From contig NIVC01001920.1 of assembly GCA_002269645.1 (NCBI GenBank), positions 129,673 to 193,672 of the forward strand: a stretch of 64,000 bases of DNA, read 5' to 3'. The notes beneath the pieces are model-generated. The model saw only the letters and a list, made by a program, of their open reading frames with translations, had not been told where the DNA came from and did not search any database. A program made the translations under genes and the position numbers. Shown one piece after another: positions 35,113-46,700 of this stretch. The DNA comes from Macrostomum lignano. Taxonomy: Eukaryota. How positions within the stretch are numbered: position 1 is the stretch's first letter; each line of letters opens with the position of its first letter.

Positions 35113-35406
35113 CTAATTTCCACGGCTCCGGTGGCGCCGCTTCAGCCTGAAGATGGACGACGAGGCTCCGTGTTGCTGCGCGAGCTGCTTGCTCGGCGCG
35201 ACGTCCGGGCCCAGGCGCTGCAGGTCCTGCAGCAGCAGCAGCTGCTCCAGCTCGGAGCTGTCCAGGTCGGCACCGCCGTTCAGCAGCTCGGCCAGCCGCT
35301 TCATCATCTGGACTTCGTCGTCGGCGGCTGCCGGGGCCGCCTGGCCAACTGACGCGAAACTGCAGAGCAGCAGCGCCAAGGCGGCGATCGCTGAGCGGAT
35401 CGGCAT
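35113..35406 (-). CDS. Small secreted protein, putative neuropeptide prohormone, 97 aa
   Basis: Signal peptide MPIRSAIAALALLLCSFASVGQA; dibasic KR after 'DDEVQMM'; C-terminal 'QQHGASSSIFRL-KRR-HRSRGN*'. GC-rich coding-like composition matching the other genes here. Confidence 0.65.
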   Translation of the reverse strand: MPIRSAIAALALLLCSFASVGQAAPAAADDEVQMMKRLAELLNGGADLDSSELEQLLLLQDLQRLGPDVAPSKQLAQQHGASSSIFRLKRRHRSRGN

Positions 35407-35564
35407 TCTGGTTGAGGAGGCTGTCGGTCTGCGAGCGTGGGTGGGCAGCCATGCTAGGTTATCCGTATAGAGAAGCACCGGAAAAGCTGCAGATGGCACA
35501 CAGACACTGTGCTAAAAGTATTCGCTCCAATCTGCTTCAGAAACTGTTAGGGCCAGGCAGTCCC

Positions 35565-35762
35565 GGACCAAGTATCTGCATTGGAAGCACCAGGCCAGGG
35601 ATTCTTGGACCAAGTATCTGCATTGAAAGCGCCAGGCCAGGGATTCTTGGATTAAGTATCTGTATTGGAAGCACCAGGCCAGGGAGTGTTGGACCAAGTA
35701 TCTGCATTGGAAGCACCAGGCCAGGGATTCTTGGACCAAGTATCTGCATTGGAAGCACCAGG
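35565..35762. repeat. 42-bp minisatellite (~5 copies)
   Basis: Unit GGACCAAGTATCTGCATTGGAAGCACCAGGCCAGGGATTCTT. Confidence 0.9.
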
Positions 35763-36507
35763 TTGATTTAGAAACTCGTTGATCACTCGATCGCGATATT
35801 AGAAGTCAGCGTCCAAGTGCGCACGCCTCTAATTTTAAGGACTTCAGTATTTAAGTTAGCTGCACCCATGTGCTTTCTTTGTAATCCTACGTAATTTTGC
35901 AAAGCTATTGGGAGACCAAATTCGTGCTAAAGCTGGGAAGCCGCGGCCTCGGCACCTGAGGACTTCTTTGTCAGGCAGCTGAGCAGCCTCACGTTCGGCT
36001 CAAGCAGGCCACCATTGTTCTCGCAGTTAAACGCAGCAATTACCGCACGCACTCGGGTAAGGCCTGCGATTTCCGCTGGGGTGTTGAAAACTTGAAAATA
36101 CGGAGGCTGAGGCTCCGCATGGCAGCGGGGCTGCAGCAGCCCCTGGGGCAGCGAGGCCTGCAATTGCGAGCCGCGAATTGCAGTGGCGCTTCAGGCAGCT
36201 GGGCGTCACTCCTTTGTTCCCAGAGTCTGCTTCCTGTACGAGGCCTCCGTGAAAGCTGACACTTTCTTTTTCTCTTTGCCGTGACAGCTGCTGCGTACCT
36301 TTGACTTGAAGCTGCTTTTGAGCGAAAAATAGGAGTAAATGTTTCACTGACTTCTCTGCGGGGTATGGGATAGCCTGGCTGAACAAAAAAAGAATTATCT
36401 TTGTGACGAATTATCTTTGCTTGGTGGACTCGAAGGGTCATGTTCGAAGTTTATACTCTTTAGCCTAATCGTTTATTCAGTCTGCCCTGCAATGATTACA
36501 AATTTCA

Positions 36508-36706
36508 GTAGGCAGGTAGGTAGGTAGGTAGGTAGGTAGGTAGGTAGGTAGGTAGGTAGGTAGGTAGGTATAGGTAGGTAGGCAGGTAGGTAGGTAGGTT
36601 GGTTGGTAGGTAGGTAGGTAGGTAGGTAGGTACAGTGTAGGTAGGTAGGTATGTAGGTAGGTAGGCACAGTGTAGGTAGGTAGGTAGACATGTTTAGGCA
36701 GATAGT

Positions 36707-36764
<58 letters not shown>

Positions 36765-36827
36765 GGCAGACAGACAGACAGACAGACAGACAGGCAGTCA
36801 GGCAGACAGGCAGGCAGGCAGTCAGGC

Positions 36828-36864
<37 letters not shown>

Positions 36865-36947
36865 GGCAGGCAGGCAGACAGGCAGGCAGTCAGGCAGACA
36901 GACAGGCAGGCAGTCAGGCAGACAGACAGACAGACAGACAGACAGAC

Positions 36948-36987
<40 letters not shown>

Positions 36988-37298
36988 GGCAGACAGGCAG
37001 ACAGACAGACAGGCAGGCAGACAGACAGACAGACAGACAGACAGGCAGGCAGGCAGGCAGACAGACAGGCAGGCAGGCAGACAGGCAGGCAGTCAGGCAG
37101 ACAGACAGGCAGACAGGCAGACAGACAGGCAGGCAGGCAGACAGACAGGCAGGCAGACAGACAGGCAGACAGGCAGGCAGACAGACAGGCAGGCAGGCAG
37201 ACAGGCAGACAGACAGACAGGCAGACAGGCAGGCAGACAGACAGGCAGACAGACAGACAGACAGGCAGGCAGGCAGGCAGACAGGCAGGCAGACACAC
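36508..37298. repeat. Compound microsatellite: (TAGG)n at 36508-36690, then (CAGA/CAGG)n at 36707-37298
   Basis: Direct inspection. Confidence 0.96.
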
Positions 37299-39070
37299 AC
37301 AGAGGCTCTCACCTCAAAGCTGCAAAGGCTCGGGTGCTGCCAGTGAATGCCTGCCTGTGCGCGGTGATTTTGCCAATTTTCGTCTCCGACGCCAAGTAGC
37401 GCGGAAATCTTTCATTTGCTGCTCAATTTATCCCACTAGTCTCATCTCGCATCCCCTACCGATAGGCGAATTTCCAGTCCCCCCTGCTGGGCAGAGGTGA
37501 GCTGTGGGATTGGGCCAAGAGGGGAGCGGTTGCTAGGGGCAGCATACGGGAGACTGGGGAGAGGCCTCAGAGCGGGCGTGTCATTTCGGGCGAAGGCGAG
37601 CATCAGATGGGGCGCATGGGGCTGTTTGCCTGCGGCTGTGGGGACAAGAAGGCCGGTGAAGACATATGCTGGATATTTATGACTCAGATGTGCTCCGTTC
37701 GCGCTCTTCCTGCATGGACATCATCAGCTAAAGGGACGTAGTAGAGACGGGAAAAACAAAAGCATAAATAAAACTGAAAGGGATGGCGAGAGATGGAGAG
37801 AGGGTGGAGAAAATGAGAGATTAGAAAAGAGAAGAGATTAGCCGGTAATGTTCGGCTAATATATTAAAACACAAATCAATAAATGAATGAATTAAAATTG
37901 CAAAAGCAGATGGCGGCACACGTGGGACTTCAAATTATTTACGGATTCTTCAAAGCAGTCAGCCAGTGCAGCTGCTGAATGCCAAATCTGAGCTGTAAAA
38001 TTCATTCCTGCCGCATCTCAGCGGCAATCAGCAATCAAAATCGGGAGCACAGCTTCAGTTGCAGCTTTCCGAGGCACAGAGTAACCATGAGTTTGCGGTA
38101 GATTTTTATCCAAGCTCGCCTCATTCCGCTAGCGCCCGTCTCCCCATTCAGGCTGGGATATCTGGCACAGGCCTATCTGCTCCATGTTCATTTCCCATTC
38201 TCAACAGGCTCCGAGAGGCTGTGGGGAGCGGAAAGTTGGAGCCGACAACGCTTGCGCATCCCGGCAGCCCAGTAACAACATCCGCATTGCGTCATTAATT
38301 ATTAATGACGCCCCGTCGCTGCCTCTGAGCTGGCGGGCCGTATTTTAAGGACGAGAGGAGACTTTCGCCTCTGCCGCGCGGCTCAGCCGCTTACACCTGG
38401 ACAGGTCTCGGCTCTTCGGATTCACTGCGTTGCGTTGCCAATAGCAACCGGTAGGTGAGTGTAGCTGCCGCTGCTATCCATTGACTTGCCTATAATTCTT
38501 ATCTGCCCGGGGCATCGCTGAGCCAGGAGATGTTTGACTTGCCTCTCGAAGCAGTGTTGACAAAAACATTTGTTTAAACAGCAGCGTTTCCGCTATTGAA
38601 GTTGAAAATCAATTTGCTGGAAGACAGCGAGAGCCGCTCTCGCTTTGCTAGCGCGGAGGACAAGCGGAGGCCACAGGCGAGTGCTCGAATTGCTAATCCC
38701 CAGACTGGTAATCCCTAGGATTAGGATTGCAGGCTCTCTTGCAGACAGCCAATGCGCCAGCTTAACGGTTTATCCTAATAGAAGCTTTGTGCAGGCGGAG
38801 GAGCTGACTGAATACCTGAGCAACTGAGGATCTGGGAGGGTGTCCCAGCAGCTGAGAATCTGGGAGGATAGCCCAGAAACTGAGGATCTGGGAGCGTGGC
38901 CCAGCAACTGAGGATCTGAGGGGGAATGGTGGGCCCGGCTAGATTAGCTGAGAAGTCCGACTGACAGCCGAATGCCAGACGAGATCACGTGACCATGTCC
39001 CGGCATGACAGCCGGAAATTCGCATTTGCAGTCTCCGCCATTAACCATCTGGTCCAGCAGCATCGTCCCC

Positions 39071-39688
39071 ATGGCAACAGTGGAGCAGCTGCTGCGGGCC
39101 TGCCGCTCCGGCCGCCTGTCAGCGGTGACGCAGTGCCTGCAGCTCGGCGCCGACGTTAACGCAGCCTGGCCAGGCGACCAGACGGACCGGACGCCGTTGC
39201 TGGCCGCCCTGGAGGCGGGGCACCAGGAGGTGGCGGAGCACCTGGTCGCCAAGGGCGCCGACGTCGGCAGGCCGGACAGGAGGGGCTCCACGCCTCTGCA
39301 CGTGGCCGCCCGCGGCAACAACGTGGCGGGCGTCCGGCTGCTGATCGGCCGCGGCGCCGACCGGAACACGCAGGACGCGGCCGGCCGCAGCCCGCTGATG
39401 CAGGCGGTGCAGTCGGGCGCCCTGGCCGCGGCCACCGAGCTGGCGTTGCGCAGCGGGCCGGGGCTGCTGCTGGAGCTCGAAACCCGGCCGGGCGGCGACA
39501 CGGCCTTCACGCTGGCCGCGGCCACCGGCAGCGTGGCGATGCTGGGCCTGCTGGTGCGGGCGGGCTCCGACATCCGCCGGGTGAACGGGCGGGGCCGGGA
39601 CGCGCTGGCGGTTGCTGGGGACCTCGGCAACCAGGCGGCCGAGCGGTTCCTGGCTGAGCTGTACATCCGCAGCGGCCGCGGCACTTGA
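39071..39688 (+). CDS. Ankyrin-repeat protein (single coding exon, ~205 aa from MATVEQ; frame open from 39005)
   Basis: Ankyrin consensus repeats 'TPLLAALEAGHQEVAEHLVAKGADV', 'TPLHVAARGNNVAGVRLLIGRGAD', 'SPLMQAVQSG', 'TAFTLAAATGSVAMLGLLVRAGSD'. Acceptor TTTGCAG| at 39031. Confidence 0.9.
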   Translation: MATVEQLLRACRSGRLSAVTQCLQLGADVNAAWPGDQTDRTPLLAALEAGHQEVAEHLVAKGADVGRPDRRGSTPLHVAARGNNVAGVRLLIGRGADRNTQDAAGRSPLMQAVQSGALAAATELALRSGPGLLLELETRPGGDTAFTLAAATGSVAMLGLLVRAGSDIRRVNGRGRDALAVAGDLGNQAAERFLAELYIRSGRGT

Positions 39689-39983
39689 AGCTGCATGGTC
39701 CGGGAGCTCTTGCTGACGGACCGGAGCAGCGATGAGCCGCTGCAGGAACTCAGGCTCTTCTGTCTCTACTGCGCTCTTACTGTACATGTATTCCAAATTG
39801 CTCTGTTTATGTATCGATTTTTTGCGTGTATGTTTGAGACCGTCTGCGCGCCACCACTCTTCCAACCCCTATTCTGTCCGCCTCTCGAACTCTGTAAGTG
39901 TTCCAACATCCCATTTTTATTGTCTGGCCCCGTGATCTGAGGAGTCATCTACTAGTAGAACTAGGGCCTGAAACAATTAGTTA

Positions 39984-40640
39984 TACAGTCTGCTGTGTTC
40001 AATTCTACAGTCTGCTGTTACAATTCTACAGTCTGCTGTTACAATTCTACAGTCTGCTGTGTCCAATTCTACAGCCTGCTGTGTACAATTCTACAGTCTG
40101 CTGTGTACAATTCTACAGCCTGCTGTGTACAATTCTACAGTCTGCTGTGTACAATTCTACAGTCTGCTGTGTCCAATTCTACAGCCTGCTGTGTACAATT
40201 CTACAGTCTGCTGTGTACAATTCTACAGTCTGCTGTGTACAATTCTACAGTCTGCTGTGTCCAATTCTACAGCCTGCTGTGTACAATTCTACAGTCTGCT
40301 GTGTTCAATTCTACAGTCTGCTGTGTCCAATTCTACAGCCTGCTGTGTACAATTCTACAGTCTGCTGTGTACAATTCTACAGCCTGCTGTGTACAATTCT
40401 ACAGTCTGCTGTGTACAATTCTACAGTCTGCTGTGTCCAATTCTACAGCCTGCTGTGTACAATTCTACAGTCTGCTGTGTTCAATTCTACAGTCTGCTGT
40501 GTACAATTCTACAGTCTGCTGTGTTCAATTCTACAGTCTGCTGTGTACAATTCTACAGTCTGCTGTGTTCAATTCTACAGTCTGCTGTGTACAATTCTAC
40601 AGTCTGCTGTGTTCAATTCTACAGTCTGCTGTTACAATCT
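39984..40640. repeat. 22-bp minisatellite (ACAATTCTACAGTCTGCTGTGT)n
   Basis: About 30 copies. Confidence 0.96.
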
Positions 40641-41383
40641 ACAATTTACTATCTACAGTCTTCAATTTAGTCTGTTCAGTTGAATTTCTCGGAATCTCAC
40701 TGGGAAAAATTTCATAATCTCGAAATTTCAGAGTCGATAACTCTTATTAGTCTTTTCTTACGCCAGCTCACAACTTAAACGTAAACGATACGAATTTTCG
40801 AGCTTGTGAAGTTTCGCTTTAGTGTGAAAGTAACAGGATTGAAATTTAGAAGATATGCAAAGTTCCGAGCTGATGAAGTTTACTATGAAATTTTGAGATT
40901 CTACAAAATCTTTATGAAAATTCTAACAAAAAACTTGTAGAATTTCAGATAAGCCAATAACTGTATTAATTATTTAACGCCTTGTATTAGGACAAATCTA
41001 ACGCTATATTGACACTCTAATAGCTAATCACTAGCTACATGTGCAACTACTACACAGCAATGCATCAATCAGCTTTACAACGCCGAACTGAGATGACGCA
41101 AACACGCCAGAAAAGAAGCAGCCAGGATTAGAACAATAAAGCAAATAAAGCCGGTTAGGAAAAGCACTGGCCACCTTAGCTAGGGAGGAAGGCAAATGTA
41201 GCTAATCTGATCCCAATTAGGAGAGCGCAGGTGCCCAGCAGCGCATACTTGAATGGAAATAAAAATCTAAATATAGATCTGTCAGCCAGCGGCATAAACA
41301 GCGATTGAATCGGCTATTGACTAAGCAAATATTCAACCAAAACAGCGCCCAGAAAATATCGCATCTGAACTGCAGGCGGCCAG

Positions 41384-42529
41384 CTACAGGGACTGCAGAA
41401 CCTCATCCGCCAGCGTGCAGGTGGCCTTGGTGGGGTCCGGCTCCACGTCCAGCTGCTTCACCACACCGTCCTCGATCACCATGACGAACCGCTTGGCCCG
41501 GAGGCCGCCCAGCAGGTGGCTGAGGTCCAGCGACAGGCCGGCGGCCTCCACAAAGATGGCCTGGGTGTCGCTGAGCATGCGCACCTGAGAGTTGGGGGGG
41601 GGGGCAGCTCGGGAAGGTCACGGCGATTTCAAATCTGGCAAGATATTTATGATTGTTCATTAGCAGCCACTTTCCACAGCTTCAGTCCCCAATCCCATTG
41701 TGTCTGTCAAAACTTGGCCGATTGCATTACCGAGGTAATACCGAATGCCAAGCACCTGAGTGCATCCAGTTCAATGAATTTAAGAAAACTTTGGAGACTC
41801 AGGAATTAAGCTGTGAAAATGTTGGCAAGGCACTCTGCCTAGCTGTGAGAATCCAGTCAATGCAGTGACTGGTAATCCAGTCAAGACAGTGACAACTCCC
41901 AGTCAAGACAGTGACAATCCAGTCAGGACAGTGACAATCCAGTCAAGGCAGTGACAATCCAGTCAAGGCAGTGACAATTCCCAGTCAAGGCAGTGACAAT
42001 TCCCAGTCAAGGAAGTGACAACCCAGTCAAGGCAGTGATAATCCAGTCAAGGCAGTGATAATCCAGTCAAGGCAGTGACAATCCAGTCAAGGCAGTGATA
42101 ATCCAGTCAAGGCAGTGACAAGAGCCAGACGTGTTTATCGCTGAGCTGCTCTGCCCAGCTGCTCACCTTTCCCTCAGCTCCGTTCGCGTCAGACCAGGCC
42201 TGCATGACGAACGGGTCGTTAACTGCCAGACAGAACACCTGGCTGATTCCCTTGGCCTTGAGCTTGTCGTAATCCCGCACGTAGCTGGGCAGGTGCACCC
42301 GGCTGCAGGTCGGCGTGAAGGCGCCCGGCACGCCGAACAGAATGCTGCGCTGGCCGGCGAACAGCTCCTGAAGGTTGACCTTCTTCATCTCGGGGCCCTC
42401 CACCAGCTCCATGGCTGGCAGCTTGTCGCCAACCTTCAGCGACATGGCGCGGGCCGGCAGCAGCTGGCCAGCCAGCCGGAGCCGCAGGGAGCCCAGCTGG
42501 CCTGCACAGAAGCCCAGACGGTGCATCAT
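41384..42529 (-). CDS. PRDX5: Peroxiredoxin-5 (atypical 2-Cys), 2 exons (42529-42167, 41584-41384), ~187 aa with mitochondrial presequence
   Basis: Peroxidatic motif 'FGVPGAFTPTCSRVHLP', 'CLAVNDPFVMQAW', 'KRFVMVIEDGVVKQLDVEPD' and resolving Cys 'ATCTLA'. Junction AAG|GTGAGC...CTCAG|GTG, phase 0. Confidence 0.96.
41866..42120. repeat. 20-bp minisatellite (CCAGTCAAGGCAGTGACAAT) in the PRDX5 intron
   Basis: About 12 copies. Confidence 0.93.
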
Positions 42530-42722
42530 CGAGCTGGCTGCGGGGGTGGGGCTGCAGACCAAATTAAATCTTATAGCACTTATTGACTCTCCTCTGTAAT
42601 CTAATTTTTATCTGAGAAGGAGCTGTCATACCTTTACAACCTAATTCGTCTTCAATAATTTTCGTTACCATGTCTTTTACATGTTTAATCAACTCTTTTA
42701 TTGCCCAGCTAATGCACATGTG

Positions 42723-43075
42723 ATCCAACTCACTCCCCAGTGACCCAACTCACTCCTCAGTGACCCAGCTCACTCCTCAGTGTCCCAACTCACTCCCAGT
42801 GACCCAACTCACTCCCCAGTGACCCAACTCACTCCCCAGTGACCCAATTCACTCCTCGTTGACCCAATTTACTCACCAATGAGCTAATTTACTCATCAAT
42901 GAGGTAATTTACTCATCAATGAGGTAATTTACTCATCAATAAGCTAGTTTAGTCGTCAATGAGCTAGTTTACTTATCGATGAGCTAATTTACTCACCAAT
43001 GATCTATTCTACTCATTTAATGACCCATTTTACTAATCGGTGAGCCAACTTACTCATCAATGACCAAGTCACTCC
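42723..43075. repeat. Two adjoining 20-bp minisatellites (GTGACCCAACTCACTCCCCA; ATGAGCTAATTTACTCATCA)
   Basis: The unit switches near 42870 while the ~20-nt period is kept. Confidence 0.85.
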
Positions 43076-43787
43076 TCTAACTGCACTGTCCGAAACCTGG
43101 GATCCAGGAGTATGCACCCTGAAAACCTGACTAAGTAAACTTTCCCGCAATGCCAAAAGAAAAAGACAGCAAAGACAGCTCAAATTTATACAGATGCTGG
43201 AGAACATTGTTTCAGAAAATTCACATCAGGCCCGGTGACAGCCAGATTAAGCAACTACTCAGACATCAAGGTGCTGAACGGTCATTGCAGTCAGTGCACG
43301 GCTAAACACAGGAAAAGCCTGGGTCAAGCACAAACCACTGGGACGCAGGGCGAGAGCAAAGCGATAGAAGGGAGTTAAAACACAGGATCGATGAGTAATA
43401 GAGATAGATGGCTTAGCGTTACAAATACAGCAATAATAGGTCCACATTCAAGTACTACTACTGACAGTTCATAACAGTAGTTAATGAAGCAGGTGCAATA
43501 TATAACTAGCCATAAATAAAACTTATAGGGATGCAGAGGAGAAACGGGGACTGAAAAACAACAGCAAACAGTGAGCCGCTGGGTTCACAGTGCAATTATA
43601 TTAATAAACAATGACTCGCCTATCCAGCAATCTAGATTAGCTATGATACACCGGCAGTGGCTGCTGCTCACGCACTCACAAAAGTGTCTTCTATTCAATG
43701 CCAATTTGAGTCTAAATGATGCTGCATCGAATAAAATCCGCACTATACTACTAGCCAGCCGCTGCACTATGAGTAGTAAGCCGCAGC

Positions 43788-46700
43788 TCAGCCCGTGTAG
43801 TTGCCGCTCTCAAACAGCTGCTCGTCGTAGAAATCGGCTCCAACTCGGCGGCCGCCGAAGTACCGACCATCCAGGCCTTCGATGGCCCTGACGGCCTCGG
43901 CCGGCTCGGCGAACCGGACAAATACAACGACGGTGCCGCCGGTCTCCGGAGCAAAAACCACCAGGTTGGCCACGGTGCCGAACTTGGCGCACTCCTCGGT
44001 GACGTCCTCCTGGAACTGGTCGTCCAGCTCGCTGGCCGAGCCCACCAGGTTGCGCAGGGTTACCACCCGGCTGGGCCGCTGCAGGCGCTGCGTGAGCACC
44101 TGCCGGGCCTCGGAGCCGCGCACTGTCGGCTCGGCCTCCAGCATCTGCTCCGTGCCCGCCGTCTGCCGATCGGCCGCCGCTCCCTGCTGGTTGGCTGCTG
44201 CGGACTCTGAGGGGATTCGAATTCGAGCCGGGAACCGCATAGCAACCAATTTTGAGCAGATATGGACTTACCTGATTGCCTATGGTATGCGGACCAACCA
44301 GCCTGCCTACTATCGAGTAACAAGTAAGGGATTATTTAGAGCGAATCTATGCACTACTTTGCTCAGTAGCTTATAGCTGCATAGACTATCAAGTCCACTT
44401 CCACTGATATTTTAAACCTGCTTATTATGGAAATATCGACTATTAGCCTTCTTTCTGGTGTAGCAAAAGTAATTCTCAGTGCGATTCTCCTGACTGCTCA
44501 ACTACACATGTACATGATGTACTTCCGTGATTCCTGACTGCTCAACTACACATGTACATGATGTACCTCCGTGGTTCTCCTGACTGCTCAACTACACATG
44601 TACATGATGTACCTCCGTGGTTCTCCTGACTGCTCAACTACACATGTACATGATGTATCTCCGTGGTTCTCCTGACTGCTCAACTACACATGTACATGAT
44701 GTACCTCCGTGATTCCTGACTGCTTAACTACACATGTACATGATGTACCTCTGCGATTCCCCTGACTGCTCAACTACACATGTACATGATGTACTTCCGT
44801 GGTTCCCCTGACTGCTCAACTACACATGTACCTTCGTGATTCCTCTGACTGCTCAACTAAATGTTCTCGTACCTCTGCGACCGACCACGCGGCTTATTGA
44901 CCGACAAACCGATAGACAGCTACACGCAGACTTCAGAATGCGAGCGGGCTGTGGACGGGGGTGCGGGAGGGGCAGCGAGTGGAGACGCGACAGGCTGGGG
45001 TGAGAGGAGAGGGCGGGCCTGCGGGGGTCTCAGTAAAAAGTGCACCGACAGACGCCAAGTGCGGCGGGCGGCAACGCCTTCGAATTGAAGACTCAGACAG
45101 CCTTGAAGCGGCCAGAGAGGCTGAGCGCGGGCCCACTGGCTCATCAATCTCTCCAAGTCTGAGCACTGCTAAAATTGGAAGTCGGTCAGGATAGGAGAGA
45201 ATAGCCAGTCGGAGTCTGAGCTGAGCATGACGAGCAAAAGGCCAGAAGTTTTGTAAAATAATCAATTCAGCGAGACTCTAGCTTGGCCTTTGAGCAAGCT
45301 GAGAACAGACAAGAAGCAGAAATCCGGCTTAGAAAGATGAGGCAGGTGGCTTAATGGATAGAAATTTAGAAAAGCAGAAACAGGATTTATGGAAGTGATT
45401 CCAGAAACGGAAATGCAACAAGATATGACTAAAAAATTGCAGGAAGCCTCGATGTAATTGAAAAGTGCAGAGTGAGATGACTGTGGCAGGCATCCGGATC
45501 TGGGATGGCGGTGGCCCAGCAACTGAGGATCTGGGAGGGCGGCCCAGCAGCTGAGGATCTGGGAGGGCAGCCCAGCAACTGAGGATCTGGGATGGCGGTG
45601 GCCCAGCAACTGAGGATCTGGGAGGGCGGCCCAGCAGCTGAGGATCTGGGAGGGCAGCCCAGCAACTGAGGATCTGGGATGGCGGTGGCCCAGCAACTGG
45701 GGATCTGGGATGGTGGTGGCCCAGCAACTGAGGATCTGGGAGGGCAGCCCAGCAACTGAGGATCTGGGAGGGCGGCCCAGCAGCTGAAGATCTAGAAGAT
45801 CGGCCCAGCAGCTGAGGATCTGGGAGGGCGGCCCAGCAGCTGAAGATCTAGAAGATCGGCCCAGCAGCTGAAGATCTGGGAGGGCGGCCCAGCAACTGAG
45901 GATCTGGGAGGGCGGCCCAGCAGCTGAAGATCTGGGAGGGCAGCCCAGCAACTGAGGATCTGGGAGGGCGATTGTCCAGCAACTGAGAATCTGGGATGGT
46001 GGCCCAGCAACTGAGGATCTGGCAGGGCGGCCCAGTAACTGAGGATCTGGGAGGGCAGCCCAGCAACTGAGGATCTGGGAGGGCAGCCTAGCAACTGAGG
46101 ATCTGGGAGGGCAGCCCAGCAACTGAGGATCTGGGAGGGCAGCCCAGCAACTGAGGATCTGGGAGGCTGGCCCAGCAACTGAGGATCTGGGAGGGCGGCC
46201 CAGCAGCTGAAGATCTAGAAGATCGGCCCAGCAGCTGAAGATCTGGGAGGGCGGCCCAGCAACTGAGGATCTGGGAGGGCGGCCCAGCAGCTGAAGATCT
46301 GGGAGGGCAGCCCAGCAACTGAGGATCTGGGAGGGCGATTGTCCAGCAACTGAGAATCTGGGATGGTGGCCCAGCAACTGAGGATCTGGCAGGGCGGCCC
46401 AGTAACTGAGGATCTGGGAGGGCAGCCCAGCAACTGAGGATCTGGGAGGGCAGCCCAGCAACTGAGGATCTGGGAGGGCAGCCCAGCAACTGAGGATCTG
46501 GGAGGGCAGCCCAGCAACTGAGGATCTGGGAGGGCAGCCCAGCAACTGAGGATCTGGGAGGCTGGCCCAGCAACTGAGGATCTGGGAGGGCGGCCCAGCA
46601 ACTGAAGATCTGGGAGGGCGGCCCAGCAACAGAGGATCTGGGAGGGCAGCCCAGCAACTGAGGATCTGGGAGGCTGGCCCAGCAACTGAGGATCTGGGAG

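Noticed and set aside
35113-35160. Assigning the SSIFRL peptide as myomodulin and ligand of the nearby myosuppressin-receptor-like GPCR
   Set aside because: There is no amidation Gly, only a single copy and weak similarity; genomic proximity is not evidence of pairing.
38944-39865. Long antisense ORFs over the ankyrin gene (similar shadows over the GPCRs, PRDX5, PUF60 and WD40 exons)
   Set aside because: Expected shadow frames of GC-rich coding sequence; no recognisable domains.
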